Shown one piece after another: positions 47,042 to 57,131 of a stretch of DNA of 64,000 nucleotides. The stretch is taken from positions 8 through 64,007 of the forward strand of contig WBUR01000025.1 of assembly GCA_008933615.1 (NCBI GenBank). The letters run 5' to 3'. A program made the position numbers and the translations under genes. The notes under the pieces are model-generated. The model was given only the letters and a program-made list of their open reading frames with translations, was not told the origin of the DNA and ran no database searches. Every line of letters begins with the position of its first letter. Positions within the stretch are counted from its first letter, which is position 1. This DNA is from a bacterium (GTDB taxonomy: Bacteria; CLD3; SB21).

Positions 47042-48235
47042 ATGAACTTTTTTTCCACGTACAAAAAACATCAGACAGATCATTTAGAATTAGATGGAGT
47101 GTCCTACCCGAAGTATGTCGGTGAATTCTGGACCCCCAAACAGCGCCAGGCTTCTTCGATCCATGAGATTTCCTACCGCGCATGCTTCAAAGCGCAACTT
47201 CCAAATTTTTTTATAGAAATTTTTTCAAAAAAAGGCGACGTAATATACGATCCCTTCAGCGGGAGAGGAACGACGGTGATCGAGGCAGCGTTACTTGAAC
47301 GTAACGTCATTGCAAATGATGTAAATCCGCTTAGCCGTATATTATCCTCTCCGCGGTTCTTTATTCCTGACACGCAGGAAGTGGAGAAAAGACTCTCCGC
47401 AATTCCTTTTGAAAAAAACGAACGCGCTGACATAGATCTTTCCATGTTTTATCATTCGAAAACCGAATCGGAAATTGTAGGGCTAAAAAAATACCTGAAG
47501 AGAAGAAAAAGAACGGGATTAGAAGATGATTTGGATCTTTGGATTCGTATGGTTGCCACCAACCGTCTAACAGGCCATTCCAAAGGTTTTTTTTCCGTGT
47601 ATACATTTCCTCCCAATCAGGCTGTTGGCGCAGAACGGCAGAAACTGATCAATAAAAAAAGAAAACAAAAACCCGAATACCGCGACACAAAGAAAATCAT
47701 TCTCAATAAATCAAAACAACTGATTAAAGATCTGGCCAGCGAAGATGTTCAGATTCTTCGCGGTATTGGAAAACAAGCGGTTTTTTTGAACGATGACGCA
47801 CGGTCTACTAAGGAGATTCCTTCCGATCATATTCAGTTAACCGTTACTTCTCCCCCGTTTTTGAATGTTGTGCAGTATGCAGACGATAACTGGCTCCGCT
47901 TTTGGTTTAACGATATTAACGCCGGTGTGGTAGCAAAAAAAATAACCATGTCAAAGACGTTAAAAGACTGGGCTGATGTAATGAATGGTGTTTTCGAAGA
48001 ATTATTCCGTATCACGCGAAAGGGCGGTTGGATTGCGTTTGAAGTTGGCGAAGTAAAGAATGCGAAGATCAAACTTGAAGAATACGTAGTACCGTTGGGA
48101 ACAGAAGCAGGATTTGAATGTAAAGGCATTGTGATCAATCAGCAGCAGTTCACAAAAACGTCCAACATTTGGGGAATCAAAAATAATTCCAAAGGTACAA
48201 ATTCCAACCGGATCGTTCTTTTTACAAAGACTTAA
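47042..48235 (+). CDS. Orphan N4/N6-type DNA methyltransferase with an N-terminal AdoMet motif and a C-terminal SPPF motif
   Basis: The HEISYRACFKAQLPNFFIEIFSKKGDVIYDPFSGRGTTVIEA block (normally C-terminal in PF01555-type enzymes) sits at aa ~40-80. The catalytic TSPPF motif is at aa ~270. Starts 19 nt after the rho stop. Confidence 0.75.
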   Translation: MNFFSTYKKHQTDHLELDGVSYPKYVGEFWTPKQRQASSIHEISYRACFKAQLPNFFIEIFSKKGDVIYDPFSGRGTTVIEAALLERNVIANDVNPLSRILSSPRFFIPDTQEVEKRLSAIPFEKNERADIDLSMFYHSKTESEIVGLKKYLKRRKRTGLEDDLDLWIRMVATNRLTGHSKGFFSVYTFPPNQAVGAERQKLINKKRKQKPEYRDTKKIILNKSKQLIKDLASEDVQILRGIGKQAVFLNDDARSTKEIPSDHIQLTVTSPPFLNVVQYADDNWLRFWFNDINAGVVAKKITMSKTLKDWADVMNGVFEELFRITRKGGWIAFEVGEVKNAKIKLEEYVVPLGTEAGFECKGIVINQQQFTKTSNIWGIKNNSKGTNSNRIVLFTKT

Positions 48236-48311
48236 TATTTTTCCTTGTTCCATAATTCAGCCTCAATTACATTAGCTCGTTCTTTAATTGCAAAGTTTTG
48301 TAAAGGCATTT

Positions 48312-48635
48312 ATGAAGAAAAAACTATTTATATTTTCGTTCATCATGACCGCATTCCCGCTCATTCTTGCGGGAACAGACACGCTGGATCAGGGGAAGGC
48401 AGTTTTTGGAACGATCTATGTGTTATGCGGACTGGCTTATACGTCTTTTGCATTACTTGCAATCAGGAAGGATGTCAATGGAAATAAATGGATCACCTTA
48501 TTCGGAAGCCTGATCCTTTTGATCGTGGCATTCGATTATTTTCTACAGGCTAAAAAATACCTGCCCTATGTTTATCTCGCAGCCTCGTTAGCAAGTCTAA
48601 TACCCTTGCTTGTTAAGCGCTTGAAAAAGGAATAG
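48312..48635 (+). CDS. Small membrane protein, hypothetical
   Basis: MKKKLFIFSFIMTAFPLILAG signal/TM plus two further hydrophobic helices. Confidence 0.55.
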   Translation: MKKKLFIFSFIMTAFPLILAGTDTLDQGKAVFGTIYVLCGLAYTSFALLAIRKDVNGNKWITLFGSLILLIVAFDYFLQAKKYLPYVYLAASLASLIPLLVKRLKKE

Positions 48636-48736
48636 GAGTTGTAATTGATACATCCTGTTGTCTAGAAGCTTCATAGCGCCGAAAAATTTGCCGGGGTATG
48701 CTAATAAACCTAAAAAAACAGTCAGGAGGCTATATA

Positions 48737-49168
48737 ATGAAAAAGGCTAAGATATTTTATTTAATCGGTTCGATTCTTTTGATACTCGTGGGCGTCGGCC
48801 ATTTTTTCGGGCAATTTGAACCTAAAGGATTGGACATTCAGCGTTCGCTGGTCGAACAGGCTATGAAGGAATATTCTTTTAGCGGTTTTGGGTTTCAATA
48901 CAGCATGATAGATGTCATGCAATGCTGGGGGGTCTTTTTTGGCGTCTTGATGTTGGTGTTCGGTGCACTGAATCTTCTGATACTTTTCGAATCGCTACTG
49001 CCGGTTTCCATGATCCGGTTTTCGCTTTTCAATATCGCAGGTCTTGTGATATTGATTTTCGCCGGCGCGATATATGTGCCATTTACTGCAGTAGGATTTT
49101 CTGTGGTTCTCTTATGTTTTGTCGTAAGCGCGGTTTTATTTTACAAAAAGAAAAAAGAAAATGGGTGA
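48737..49168 (+). CDS. Four-TM membrane protein, hypothetical
   Basis: The ATG at 48737 is preceded by AGGAGG. Four hydrophobic segments. Confidence 0.55.
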   Translation: MKKAKIFYLIGSILLILVGVGHFFGQFEPKGLDIQRSLVEQAMKEYSFSGFGFQYSMIDVMQCWGVFFGVLMLVFGALNLLILFESLLPVSMIRFSLFNIAGLVILIFAGAIYVPFTAVGFSVVLLCFVVSAVLFYKKKKENG

Positions 49169-49173
49169 ACCCG

Positions 49174-49389
49174 CTACTTGTTAAATTTATTCAGTATGGC
49201 AATCCATAACTGCGGCAAGTACGCTCCGATGAGTATCATCAGCAAACCCGTCCACGACGCTTTCGTAAATATCGAGGGAGAACTTAATTTATCCAGTCCC
49301 ACATTGACAATACTGACATACCACCCCAATACCATCATAACTAGTCCGATGACCTGAGGCAGCAGCCTGCGTATAAGTTTATCCAACAT
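49174..49389 (-). CDS. Small two-TM membrane protein, hypothetical
   Basis: 71-aa hydrophobic ORF immediately downstream of the M28 peptidase gene on the same strand. Confidence 0.45.
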   Translation of the reverse strand: MLDKLIRRLLPQVIGLVMMVLGWYVSIVNVGLDKLSSPSIFTKASWTGLLMILIGAYLPQLWIAILNKFNK

Positions 49390-49403
49390 TTTTTCTCCTT
49401 TTA

Positions 49404-51524
49404 CTATTTTAGAATCAGCGCTTTGGTTTCTACGGCCGCATCAAGTAAACCCGTCACATCATTGAGGGTGACAATTCCATAATACCAGGCTCCGCTGGAC
49501 AAAGCCTCCGATCGCACCGCCTTATAAATATCATAGTAACTGCGTTTGCCGTCAACAAAATTGTACACCTCGGATTTCATGATCGAATGCAACGCCGATT
49601 TATATTTCACCTTGACACGGTTGTTGAAATAAGTTTCAAGCGGGGCGGCATTCATGGGGATCTTTTTTGAAGCGGTCAATTCTTCCGCCGTTAATGATCG
49701 ATCTCCGGGTTTTGCGCCCGTTGTCTGCCGGTAATACGTTTGCAGGTCATTCATCAGTTCGGATTCTCTTGCATTTAACCGTGTAACCAGTTTGTCAATC
49801 ATCTGCATCGCCGTTTTGTCGGTCCCGCAAAATACCCGAACGGAATTCATGGCGCGCCGTTCACGCTGGATGCCTTGTTCGATTAACATGGCCGCATCTT
49901 TCCACAGAGAATCGTTTCCGGTATTACTGCCGCTCAAGATTTCCATAGCCGTTTTAAGATCATTGGTAAGCCGCTTTTGCCCCTGGGCGAATGTTTCAGC
50001 GGCTATTTTGGCCGCTTCCGTATTTTCGGCGGAGCCTAGAAACATAGTTATCGAGGCGACAATAAAATTATTGCGCTTTAACTGCGTCTGGTCGATCTGC
50101 CACAAATCGTCATCCGAGGAATGGATATAATGATCGTCCCAGTTGATCATGGCAACGGAAGGAACGCCGATCGCACCTTCAACAAACGTCATATTATCGG
50201 AGGAACCGAAGTAAGGAACAAATTCCGCCCGATACCCTTCACGCGAACCGCGCGTGGAATAGATCGCGCGTGAGTGAGGTCGCGATAGTCCGCCGCTGCG
50301 TCCTGCGGAGAGATATGAATTATTCGTATGAATGACGTACGTCGCCACGTTCTCAAAAACAGCATCAAGATAAGACATGCGTGATTGAGGGGCAAAAATG
50401 AGATGCTGCGTACGGCTTCCGAGCGACATCTTTGCTCCGGTCATGTCCTGGTGTAAATTGGCTAATAATTGTTTAGGAACTTCCGGATGATCCATAAAAT
50501 AACGGTATTCGGAATAGATCTCATCCGTCCACCAAAAACGGATATCGCGAAGCGGCCGCTGCATCTTGCCTTCACGAATCAGTTTATTAAACGTGCGCGC
50601 AAGTTCCAGCAGATTGGCGCAGCCGGAGCCGTCGTCGTTGGCAGAGCCTTGTTCCTCCTGAAGATGCGCGGTGAGCACGATCTGCTGATCATGGTATTTA
50701 CTGCCGCGAATCCACCCTTCTACAAAACCCGTTCGTCCCGGTTTTTTTCCGATCTCGGTATCAATTTTTACTTTCAGCACTACTTTGCCGCCCGGCGTTT
50801 CTTTTCCGGTAGCAAACCAATCTTTCGATTTATTTGATGCGAGAATATTTTTCAGAATCTCCCCCTTGCGCGGCGGAAGTGAAAATGCAAATGTTCCGCT
50901 CTTTCCTTCCGGCGGATCCAGCGGAATATGAGTCCATGCGATCTGATCGGGAAAATCCATCGGGGATCGTTCCTCAGAAGTTCTGAATGTCACAATACCC
51001 AACGCGCCTTTGTTCCAAACCGCATTATGCGCGGCCGCATATTCGCTGCCGCCGGTCAAAACGATTTTGCCCGTCACGTCGAGGTCTTTAAGGGCTTCTT
51101 TTGACGCATCGCCGATCCAGATCAATTCAGCCGTCAAGTCGGCGTCGTGGCTTCCGTCCGCTAAATACACGGCATGATCGCCAATGTCGGCTAATTTTAT
51201 TTCAACCGGTTCGATCATCCACAGTTCAGCAGATTTTGCCGTGTAGTTGGCTCCATCCATCGGTTGCTCGATAAATGATACATCTTCCAATCCCGCTTCT
51301 TTGGCCGCCTGCAGGACGTAATCGGCGGCTTTAAAGTAACCTTCCATACCGGAGTCGCGGTGCCAGTGCGATAACCAACGAATATGTTCGAAGGCGCGGT
51401 CGCCGCTGATCTCGTTCACGAGCATATCGATTTCCGTATCGCTTAAAAAAGGCGTCGACTGTGCTTGTACCCGCAGCGGTATCAGTGAAAAAATTAGTAC
51501 AAGTAACGAAATGAGGTTTTTCAT
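49404..51524 (-). CDS. Secreted M28-family Zn peptidase with a PA-like insert and a large C-terminal extension
   Basis: Signal peptide. M28 metal-binding context (TAHLQEEQGSANDDGSGCANLLELAR). The ATG at 51524 has GGAG upstream. Confidence 0.8.
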   Translation of the reverse strand: MKNLISLLVLIFSLIPLRVQAQSTPFLSDTEIDMLVNEISGDRAFEHIRWLSHWHRDSGMEGYFKAADYVLQAAKEAGLEDVSFIEQPMDGANYTAKSAELWMIEPVEIKLADIGDHAVYLADGSHDADLTAELIWIGDASKEALKDLDVTGKIVLTGGSEYAAAHNAVWNKGALGIVTFRTSEERSPMDFPDQIAWTHIPLDPPEGKSGTFAFSLPPRKGEILKNILASNKSKDWFATGKETPGGKVVLKVKIDTEIGKKPGRTGFVEGWIRGSKYHDQQIVLTAHLQEEQGSANDDGSGCANLLELARTFNKLIREGKMQRPLRDIRFWWTDEIYSEYRYFMDHPEVPKQLLANLHQDMTGAKMSLGSRTQHLIFAPQSRMSYLDAVFENVATYVIHTNNSYLSAGRSGGLSRPHSRAIYSTRGSREGYRAEFVPYFGSSDNMTFVEGAIGVPSVAMINWDDHYIHSSDDDLWQIDQTQLKRNNFIVASITMFLGSAENTEAAKIAAETFAQGQKRLTNDLKTAMEILSGSNTGNDSLWKDAAMLIEQGIQRERRAMNSVRVFCGTDKTAMQMIDKLVTRLNARESELMNDLQTYYRQTTGAKPGDRSLTAEELTASKKIPMNAAPLETYFNNRVKVKYKSALHSIMKSEVYNFVDGKRSYYDIYKAVRSEALSSGAWYYGIVTLNDVTGLLDAAVETKALILK

Positions 51525-51826
51525 GTAATGCTCCATGTTAGGGAAAACCGGGATCTTTTTAGAACGGGTTCAATGTTAACCTGCTTGGTACCGACCGTAG
51601 ATGTGATTGAAGTAAATGCATCGTGAGGCAACAGATGTTAAATTTTCCTTCAGTGATTTTAGAGTGTGCAAAATGCCTCATTGTTTCTCTTATATTATGA
51701 ACAATAGGACAATTTATTTTTTTTTGCAAGAATTTATATAAAAAGGAGCTTTCGCCGGAGTGTTTTTTCACTTGAAATTCGATATTCACGTAACTATATT
51801 GCAAAGCACCTTTTCACCCCAACGTC

Positions 51827-52378
51827 ATGCAATCAATGATCGAGCAATTTTTATCAAAGACGCCGAAAATACCTCCCTCTGTTTTTATTGCTCCGGGTGC
51901 AAAGATTTTAGGCGATGTTGAAATAGGTGAGGATTGCAGTATTTGGTTTAACGTGGTTCTTCGTGGCGATGTGAATCTGATTCGCGTCGGACGGCGAACC
52001 AATATTCAGGACGGTGCAATTGTTCATGTTACTTTCAAGAAGCATTCAACCGTGATCGGTCACGATGTGACCGTCGGGCACGGCGCTATACTGCACGGCT
52101 GTACGATTAAGGATCATGTGTTGATCGGTATGGGGGCTAAAGTCCTGGATGGCGCGGTGATCGGACGGAATTCCGTCATTGCGGCGGGCGCGGTTGTTAA
52201 AGAAGGTTATGAGGTTCCTGAGAAAACGTTAATGGCAGGCGTTCCTGCAAAACCGATGCGGCCGCTGAGAGAAGAGGAAATCAAAGCGATAGAACAATCG
52301 GCTGAACGTTATATTCAGTATGCCGAAACGTATCGAAAAATGCGTATTATTGAACAAATGGAAAATGATAATTTATGA
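51827..52378 (+). CDS. Gamma-class carbonic anhydrase family (left-handed beta-helix) protein
   Basis: Hexapeptide-repeat pattern FIAPGAKILGDVEIGEDCSIWFNVVLRGDVNLIRVGRRTNIQDGAIVH. Confidence 0.85.
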   Translation: MQSMIEQFLSKTPKIPPSVFIAPGAKILGDVEIGEDCSIWFNVVLRGDVNLIRVGRRTNIQDGAIVHVTFKKHSTVIGHDVTVGHGAILHGCTIKDHVLIGMGAKVLDGAVIGRNSVIAAGAVVKEGYEVPEKTLMAGVPAKPMRPLREEEIKAIEQSAERYIQYAETYRKMRIIEQMENDNL

Positions 52379-52755
52379 AGAAGAAAATTTTGATCTTCGA
52401 TGATGACGACGATTTTCTGTCGATAACAACCAAGGTGTTAAGCCAGATTGGAAAATTCGAAGTCGTGCCGTCCGATGAAAGTTCCGATGCAATGAATCTG
52501 ATCCGTAAAACAAAGCCGGACCTGCTATTGCTGGACATTATGATGCCGAAGGTGGACGGCTTTACTATCTGCAAGAGCGTCAAAGATGCCGACGATCTGA
52601 AACATATTAAGATCATAGTCTATTCGGCGAAAATTTTTGATGTAGATCGTAAGAAAGCGCTGCGGCTGGGCGCGGATGCTTATGTGTCAAAAGTCATTGA
52701 ATCCAATAAACTGATTGATACGATCCATCAAGTTCTTCAGTTACCCCAGTCTTAA
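52375..52755 (+). CDS. Stand-alone response-regulator receiver (CheY-like)
   Basis: KILIFDDDDD acidic pocket, phospho-acceptor in LLLLDIMMPKVDG, and conserved K in YVSKV. Its ATG overlaps the upstream stop (ATGA). Confidence 0.9.
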   Translation: MKKKILIFDDDDDFLSITTKVLSQIGKFEVVPSDESSDAMNLIRKTKPDLLLLDIMMPKVDGFTICKSVKDADDLKHIKIIVYSAKIFDVDRKKALRLGADAYVSKVIESNKLIDTIHQVLQLPQS

Positions 52756-52777
52756 ACTTATTTTTTGAGGTTGTATA

Positions 52778-53656
52778 ATGAAATATAAATTTTGGGGTGT
52801 TCGCGGTTCCATTCCGACGCCGGGGCCCGAGACGGTAGGATACGGCGGTAATACGGCCTGCGGCGAACTCACGCTGGACGACAATAATATTATCATTTTT
52901 GATGCAGGTTCCGGTATACGGGTTTTAGGCAATGATCTGATGAAACGCGGGAAAAAACCCGTCGAAGCAATCATACTTCTCAGCCATACGCATTGGGATC
53001 ATATTCAGGGCTTTCCGTTTTTTGTTCCTGCATTCATTCCCGGAAATAAATTCGTGATCTGCGGTTGTGAGGAAGCCGATGTAAAACTGGATCAGATCAT
53101 TACCGATCAGATGAAGAGCGCCTATTTTCCGGTGGAACTGGGGGATATGCCCGCATCGGTCGGATTTAAAAGGCTGTATGAAGGCAAGTTTAAAATTTCC
53201 GGCGCGCGCGTGGACACGCTTTATCTTAATCATCCCGGATTTGCGCTCGGATACCGCGTCGAATATAACGGGAAATCCGTCGTATACGTAAGCGATAACG
53301 AACCGTATCCGATTCAGGAATCCGATAGCCCGGAATTTGAAGGGATGAAGTATAAGGGAAATAACAACTACCGTATCATTAATTTTTCCAAGGGAACTGA
53401 TCTCCTCGTTCACGACTGCCAATACACTCCCGACGAGTATAAAACAAAAGTCGGTTGGGGCCATTCCCCGTACGACTATGTTGCAGAAATTGCATGGAAA
53501 GCGCAGGTAAAACGTTTGGCTATATATCATCACGATCCGGGACATGACGATGCGTATGTGAATACCATTGTTGACGCGGTGAAAAAAATACTTCAGGAAA
53601 AGGGATGCCCGACGGAAGTTTTCGGGGCGAAAGAAGGTATGGAAATTGTTTTATAA
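52778..53656 (+). CDS. MBL-fold metallo-hydrolase
   Basis: HxHxDH motif (LLSHTHWDHIQGF) and downstream His/Asp ligands (HDCQY, YHHDPGHDD). Confidence 0.85.
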   Translation: MKYKFWGVRGSIPTPGPETVGYGGNTACGELTLDDNNIIIFDAGSGIRVLGNDLMKRGKKPVEAIILLSHTHWDHIQGFPFFVPAFIPGNKFVICGCEEADVKLDQIITDQMKSAYFPVELGDMPASVGFKRLYEGKFKISGARVDTLYLNHPGFALGYRVEYNGKSVVYVSDNEPYPIQESDSPEFEGMKYKGNNNYRIINFSKGTDLLVHDCQYTPDEYKTKVGWGHSPYDYVAEIAWKAQVKRLAIYHHDPGHDDAYVNTIVDAVKKILQEKGCPTEVFGAKEGMEIVL

Positions 53657-53704
53657 TTTTTGTAAACAGATGAATTCACTTGCAAACACCAGAAGGAGTA
53701 AGTC

Positions 53705-55030
53705 ATGGTCATTACCGAGATAGACGGCATTACGCTGAATCTTGACAAAAAGATTATCGGAAGAGATGAACGTGTGTCGTTACAGGAAATCAAAAAGCGC
53801 GACATTCCGAGTTTCATAAAAAACTATTTTGACCGTGAATCGGAAAAATGGATTCGCGAAGAATCTTCCATGTTTCTGTCTTCCGGGCGGTTTAATTATG
53901 ATCTGCCGGAAATCCGAAAAAAATTCGATGAATTATATAATTTACTGAAAAACACGGCAATCTTCAGCCGGGCCAAACTTCATCGCGTGATGGAACAGGC
54001 GGTAAAGCTACAATCCAACTTCCTTATTCAGCCGCAACGAACGATGGTGCAGTTTATTTACCGCGATGAAGACGTCATTACGCCGGCGGAAGTTATGGAT
54101 TCCATGAAGTACTTCCTTGATTACGAATACTATTACCAGGCGCTCGAGCAGTTTTTTAAGAACAACAAGATGGAGACGATTTCACGAACCAAATTTAAGA
54201 GTTTTATTCAACAGCTCGATGAAAAAGCCTTATCGCAGGATAAATCCGGAGCGGCTTTGAGCATGGCGCAGGTCATAGTCGGTTTCTTAAATTTAGGGCG
54301 TGATCAGCAATCGGATAATCTGGATACCGAAATTTTAATCAGCGCCTACCAGGATCGCAATTTACCCGATTTTGTCAATGCGATGAAAAACGCGCAGTCG
54401 AAAGGAAAAGATAAAATTCCAGTTTCCCAGCTTGCAGGCATGCTGAAATCTTTCGTTGAAACCGGTGATATCGAGCCGAAGATTGTGAAAGAAGCGCCTA
54501 AAGCGGCTGAAGTTAAATATGAAGAGAAAAAAGAAGTTGTTTCAACGAAGAACCTCTCTAACCTGGTCTCGCAGATTGAAGATATTAAGGAAGAAGATCA
54601 GGCTGCCGATGTAAGTTCCTTTTTCGAAGAGGAAGAAGAAGATGATATTGTATTACCGGCGCAACCGCCTATGCCTGAAGTTAAACCGACTGTCAAACCG
54701 GCTGTTCCGGCTGCAGCGGCGGCAGGCGCAGATACGGCGACTCAGTTGGCAGAACACTTAGCGCGTCAGATGGGACAAGCTGAAGTGCTCGAAGATCTCA
54801 ACAAATTGATCGAAGATAAAGACAAGAAACTTTATATCAAGAAGCTCTTTAAGAAAAAAGACAAAGAGTTTTTCCAATTACTTGCCAATTTGAATGCGTC
54901 GACGAATTGGAAAGACGCAAACAATCTGATCGACGATACATTCTATGCATTGGAAGTCAATCCGTATCAGAAAGAAGCGATTGCTTTTACGGATGCGGTG
55001 TATGCGAGATACTTTCCGAAAAAAGATTAA
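53705..55030 (+). CDS. Hypothetical protein with a central acidic/Pro-Ala-rich linker
   Basis: AAGGAG SD upstream. A 441-aa ORF with EEEEEDD and PAQPPMPEVKPTVKPAVPAAAAAG segments. No recognisable catalytic motif. Confidence 0.65.
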   Translation: MVITEIDGITLNLDKKIIGRDERVSLQEIKKRDIPSFIKNYFDRESEKWIREESSMFLSSGRFNYDLPEIRKKFDELYNLLKNTAIFSRAKLHRVMEQAVKLQSNFLIQPQRTMVQFIYRDEDVITPAEVMDSMKYFLDYEYYYQALEQFFKNNKMETISRTKFKSFIQQLDEKALSQDKSGAALSMAQVIVGFLNLGRDQQSDNLDTEILISAYQDRNLPDFVNAMKNAQSKGKDKIPVSQLAGMLKSFVETGDIEPKIVKEAPKAAEVKYEEKKEVVSTKNLSNLVSQIEDIKEEDQAADVSSFFEEEEEDDIVLPAQPPMPEVKPTVKPAVPAAAAAGADTATQLAEHLARQMGQAEVLEDLNKLIEDKDKKLYIKKLFKKKDKEFFQLLANLNASTNWKDANNLIDDTFYALEVNPYQKEAIAFTDAVYARYFPKKD

Positions 55031-55046
55031 GATCATTGTATTAATC

Positions 55047-55086
55047 AAAAAGCCCGTGCGCATGCAGCGTACTGGCTTTTTTTTTG
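55047..55086. terminator. Terminator between convergent genes
   Basis: AAAAAGCCCGT...ACTGGC imperfect stem followed by a run of nine T. Confidence 0.55.
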
Positions 55087-55148
55087 GATAAAGGAATCGA
55101 CAAAAGTTGTTGAATTTTCAAAAAACTCAACTACCGATGGATAGACAT

Positions 55149-55664
55149 TTAACGGTGTTCTCTATACAGAGTATTGCGGTTAAACTCCTTCCATGAGCTG
55201 TCTTTTTTCATAATAAAATCAATGATTTCAATTATGTTGGGTGAGGAAAAAACATAAAGGGTCTTACCCAGCTTTGTCTCGGCCGTTCCCCAAAGCGATG
55301 TGAGCGTCGTTGAATCATGGCTGGCCTTAATGGGGTGCGTTTCACCGCCTGAATCGAACCATGTGCCCACAAATTGGATTTCTGATACAGGTTTGTAAAA
55401 AGCCCTTCCTTCAAATACATGCTTTTTACCGTCTGCGGCTGACATTTCTATCGTATAACTCAATTCAATAAATTTAGAATCAAGGGACTTTTTACAAACC
55501 ATTGTGACGACAGCAGGCATTCCGAAAGATTTCCCTTTGTCGGTAGACCAATTGCCTTCCAATCGATTTAAAAAAGTCTGTGATAGGTTTATTTGCGCGT
55601 TAGTCTCAGAAATTCCAAACAGAAACAAAATCAAAGCAGCAATCTTAATCAATAATATTCTCAT
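55149..55664 (-). CDS. Secreted hypothetical protein (DUF1579/lipocalin-like?)
   Basis: Signal peptide (LFLFGISETNAQ). 171-aa beta-rich sequence. Family assignment is tentative. Confidence 0.55.
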   Translation of the reverse strand: MRILLIKIAALILFLFGISETNAQINLSQTFLNRLEGNWSTDKGKSFGMPAVVTMVCKKSLDSKFIELSYTIEMSAADGKKHVFEGRAFYKPVSEIQFVGTWFDSGGETHPIKASHDSTTLTSLWGTAETKLGKTLYVFSSPNIIEIIDFIMKKDSSWKEFNRNTLYREHR

Positions 55665-55748
55665 ATTGTATTCTTTCGAATAGATCTTTACTAAATGATT
55701 TACACCAAAATAATTTCTTCATTATTGGTTGTCTTTCCCGAATAGAGA

Positions 55749-57071
55749 CTATTTAGAACTGAGCAGCACATTGCATGTCTGTAATTGAAATATCTGATTT
55801 CGGCTATCACTCCACACCAATTGGAAACTTCCATCCGGCTTAGCGACCATGCCTAAATAATGGCCGCCACCAGGAAATTTGTTTGCGACATCATCATTAG
55901 CGGAAGTCCTTGGATCACTGCTCACGTCGGTAATTTTTACCGGCGATTGAAAAGTGTTACCCCCATCACCAGAAACCGTAAAATAGACATCATTCTTTTT
56001 TCCATCAGGGTCATTTTGAGAATCCACCCAAGATATACCTACAAGTCCATCTTTATTTACTGCGACCGAAGGAACATTTGCACGAGTCTTTGTAGTTTTA
56101 TCAAACGTGTCCACCCTGATGTCTGCACTCCATGTTTTACCCTTGTCGGCAGAATAATTTAACCAAACGCCATTGAATTCGTCGCCATATCCCGTTGCAC
56201 GAACAAAATATAACCGGTCTTTGAATGATGAATGCAAGTCGGCGGCAAGGTGCGAATAACCTTTTCTGCCAAAATTGTCTGTTATATGTATGGGATTTGA
56301 TAGCGTCTTTCCGCCGTCGTGAGAAACTTGTACCCAAGCGCTTTTGTCTCGTAAGAACGCCGGTACTACAATTGTGCCGTCAGTTAAAACCGCAACCTCA
56401 CAAAAATCAAGGCGTTTTCCTTTACCGTACACAGACGCAGTTTTAACAAATGAGCTGTCACCTCGGCTGGTGTAAAGCCTAATTTCAGTGCCCATGTCCT
56501 CCGTAAACCAAACCGTCGTGAAATAAAAATCTTCAGTTGAAGCCGTTATTTTTGTTCCGTCATGTCCCCCTTCCAATGTCTGTACTTCAGAACTCCAGGA
56601 TATACCGGCATCCGTGGATCTGAAGAACCTGATAGGGTATAAATCCTGAAAGCTATTTGGTGTTCCGATCCAACTCATCACAGCTCTCCCGTTCGGTAAA
56701 ATAGCGCTCCATGGGTCATATCCCCACCAGTCATGCGCAGTTTCTTTCCATGTCTTTCCGGCATCCGTGGACACAAAACTGGAAAGACGGCAGCTTTCAT
56801 AAGGCCTCGTTTTATCCGTTACTATCATCGCTGTAACGAGTAAGTGGTTATTATTTGAGGGGTGAACAGAAATATGAGGTTCGACAACAGGAAAATTACT
56901 AAACTGTGACGGAATAGGAATATTCTGGTCAATAGAAATATTGAAATGATTTGTGCTGATGTTGGTCAGGTTTTTTGGGGGCTGACCGCTGCAACTTTGA
57001 ATAAAGGCAAACAGAAGTACGCTAAATACTACAAACTGCAACATAACTTTATTTTTATAAGTTGAATACAT
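55749..57071 (-). CDS. BNR/Asp-box repeat (sialidase-like beta-propeller) lipoprotein
   Basis: Lipobox FIQSCS. Asp-boxes STDAGKTW, STDAGISW, SHDGGKTL, SADKGKTW and SGDGGNTF. Confidence 0.8.
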   Translation of the reverse strand: MYSTYKNKVMLQFVVFSVLLFAFIQSCSGQPPKNLTNISTNHFNISIDQNIPIPSQFSNFPVVEPHISVHPSNNNHLLVTAMIVTDKTRPYESCRLSSFVSTDAGKTWKETAHDWWGYDPWSAILPNGRAVMSWIGTPNSFQDLYPIRFFRSTDAGISWSSEVQTLEGGHDGTKITASTEDFYFTTVWFTEDMGTEIRLYTSRGDSSFVKTASVYGKGKRLDFCEVAVLTDGTIVVPAFLRDKSAWVQVSHDGGKTLSNPIHITDNFGRKGYSHLAADLHSSFKDRLYFVRATGYGDEFNGVWLNYSADKGKTWSADIRVDTFDKTTKTRANVPSVAVNKDGLVGISWVDSQNDPDGKKNDVYFTVSGDGGNTFQSPVKITDVSSDPRTSANDDVANKFPGGGHYLGMVAKPDGSFQLVWSDSRNQIFQLQTCNVLLSSK

Positions 57072-57131
57072 AAAACGATAACTTTCTTAATTTAATTAGT
57101 GAATAAATGTTCACATTTAATTCCAATTACT

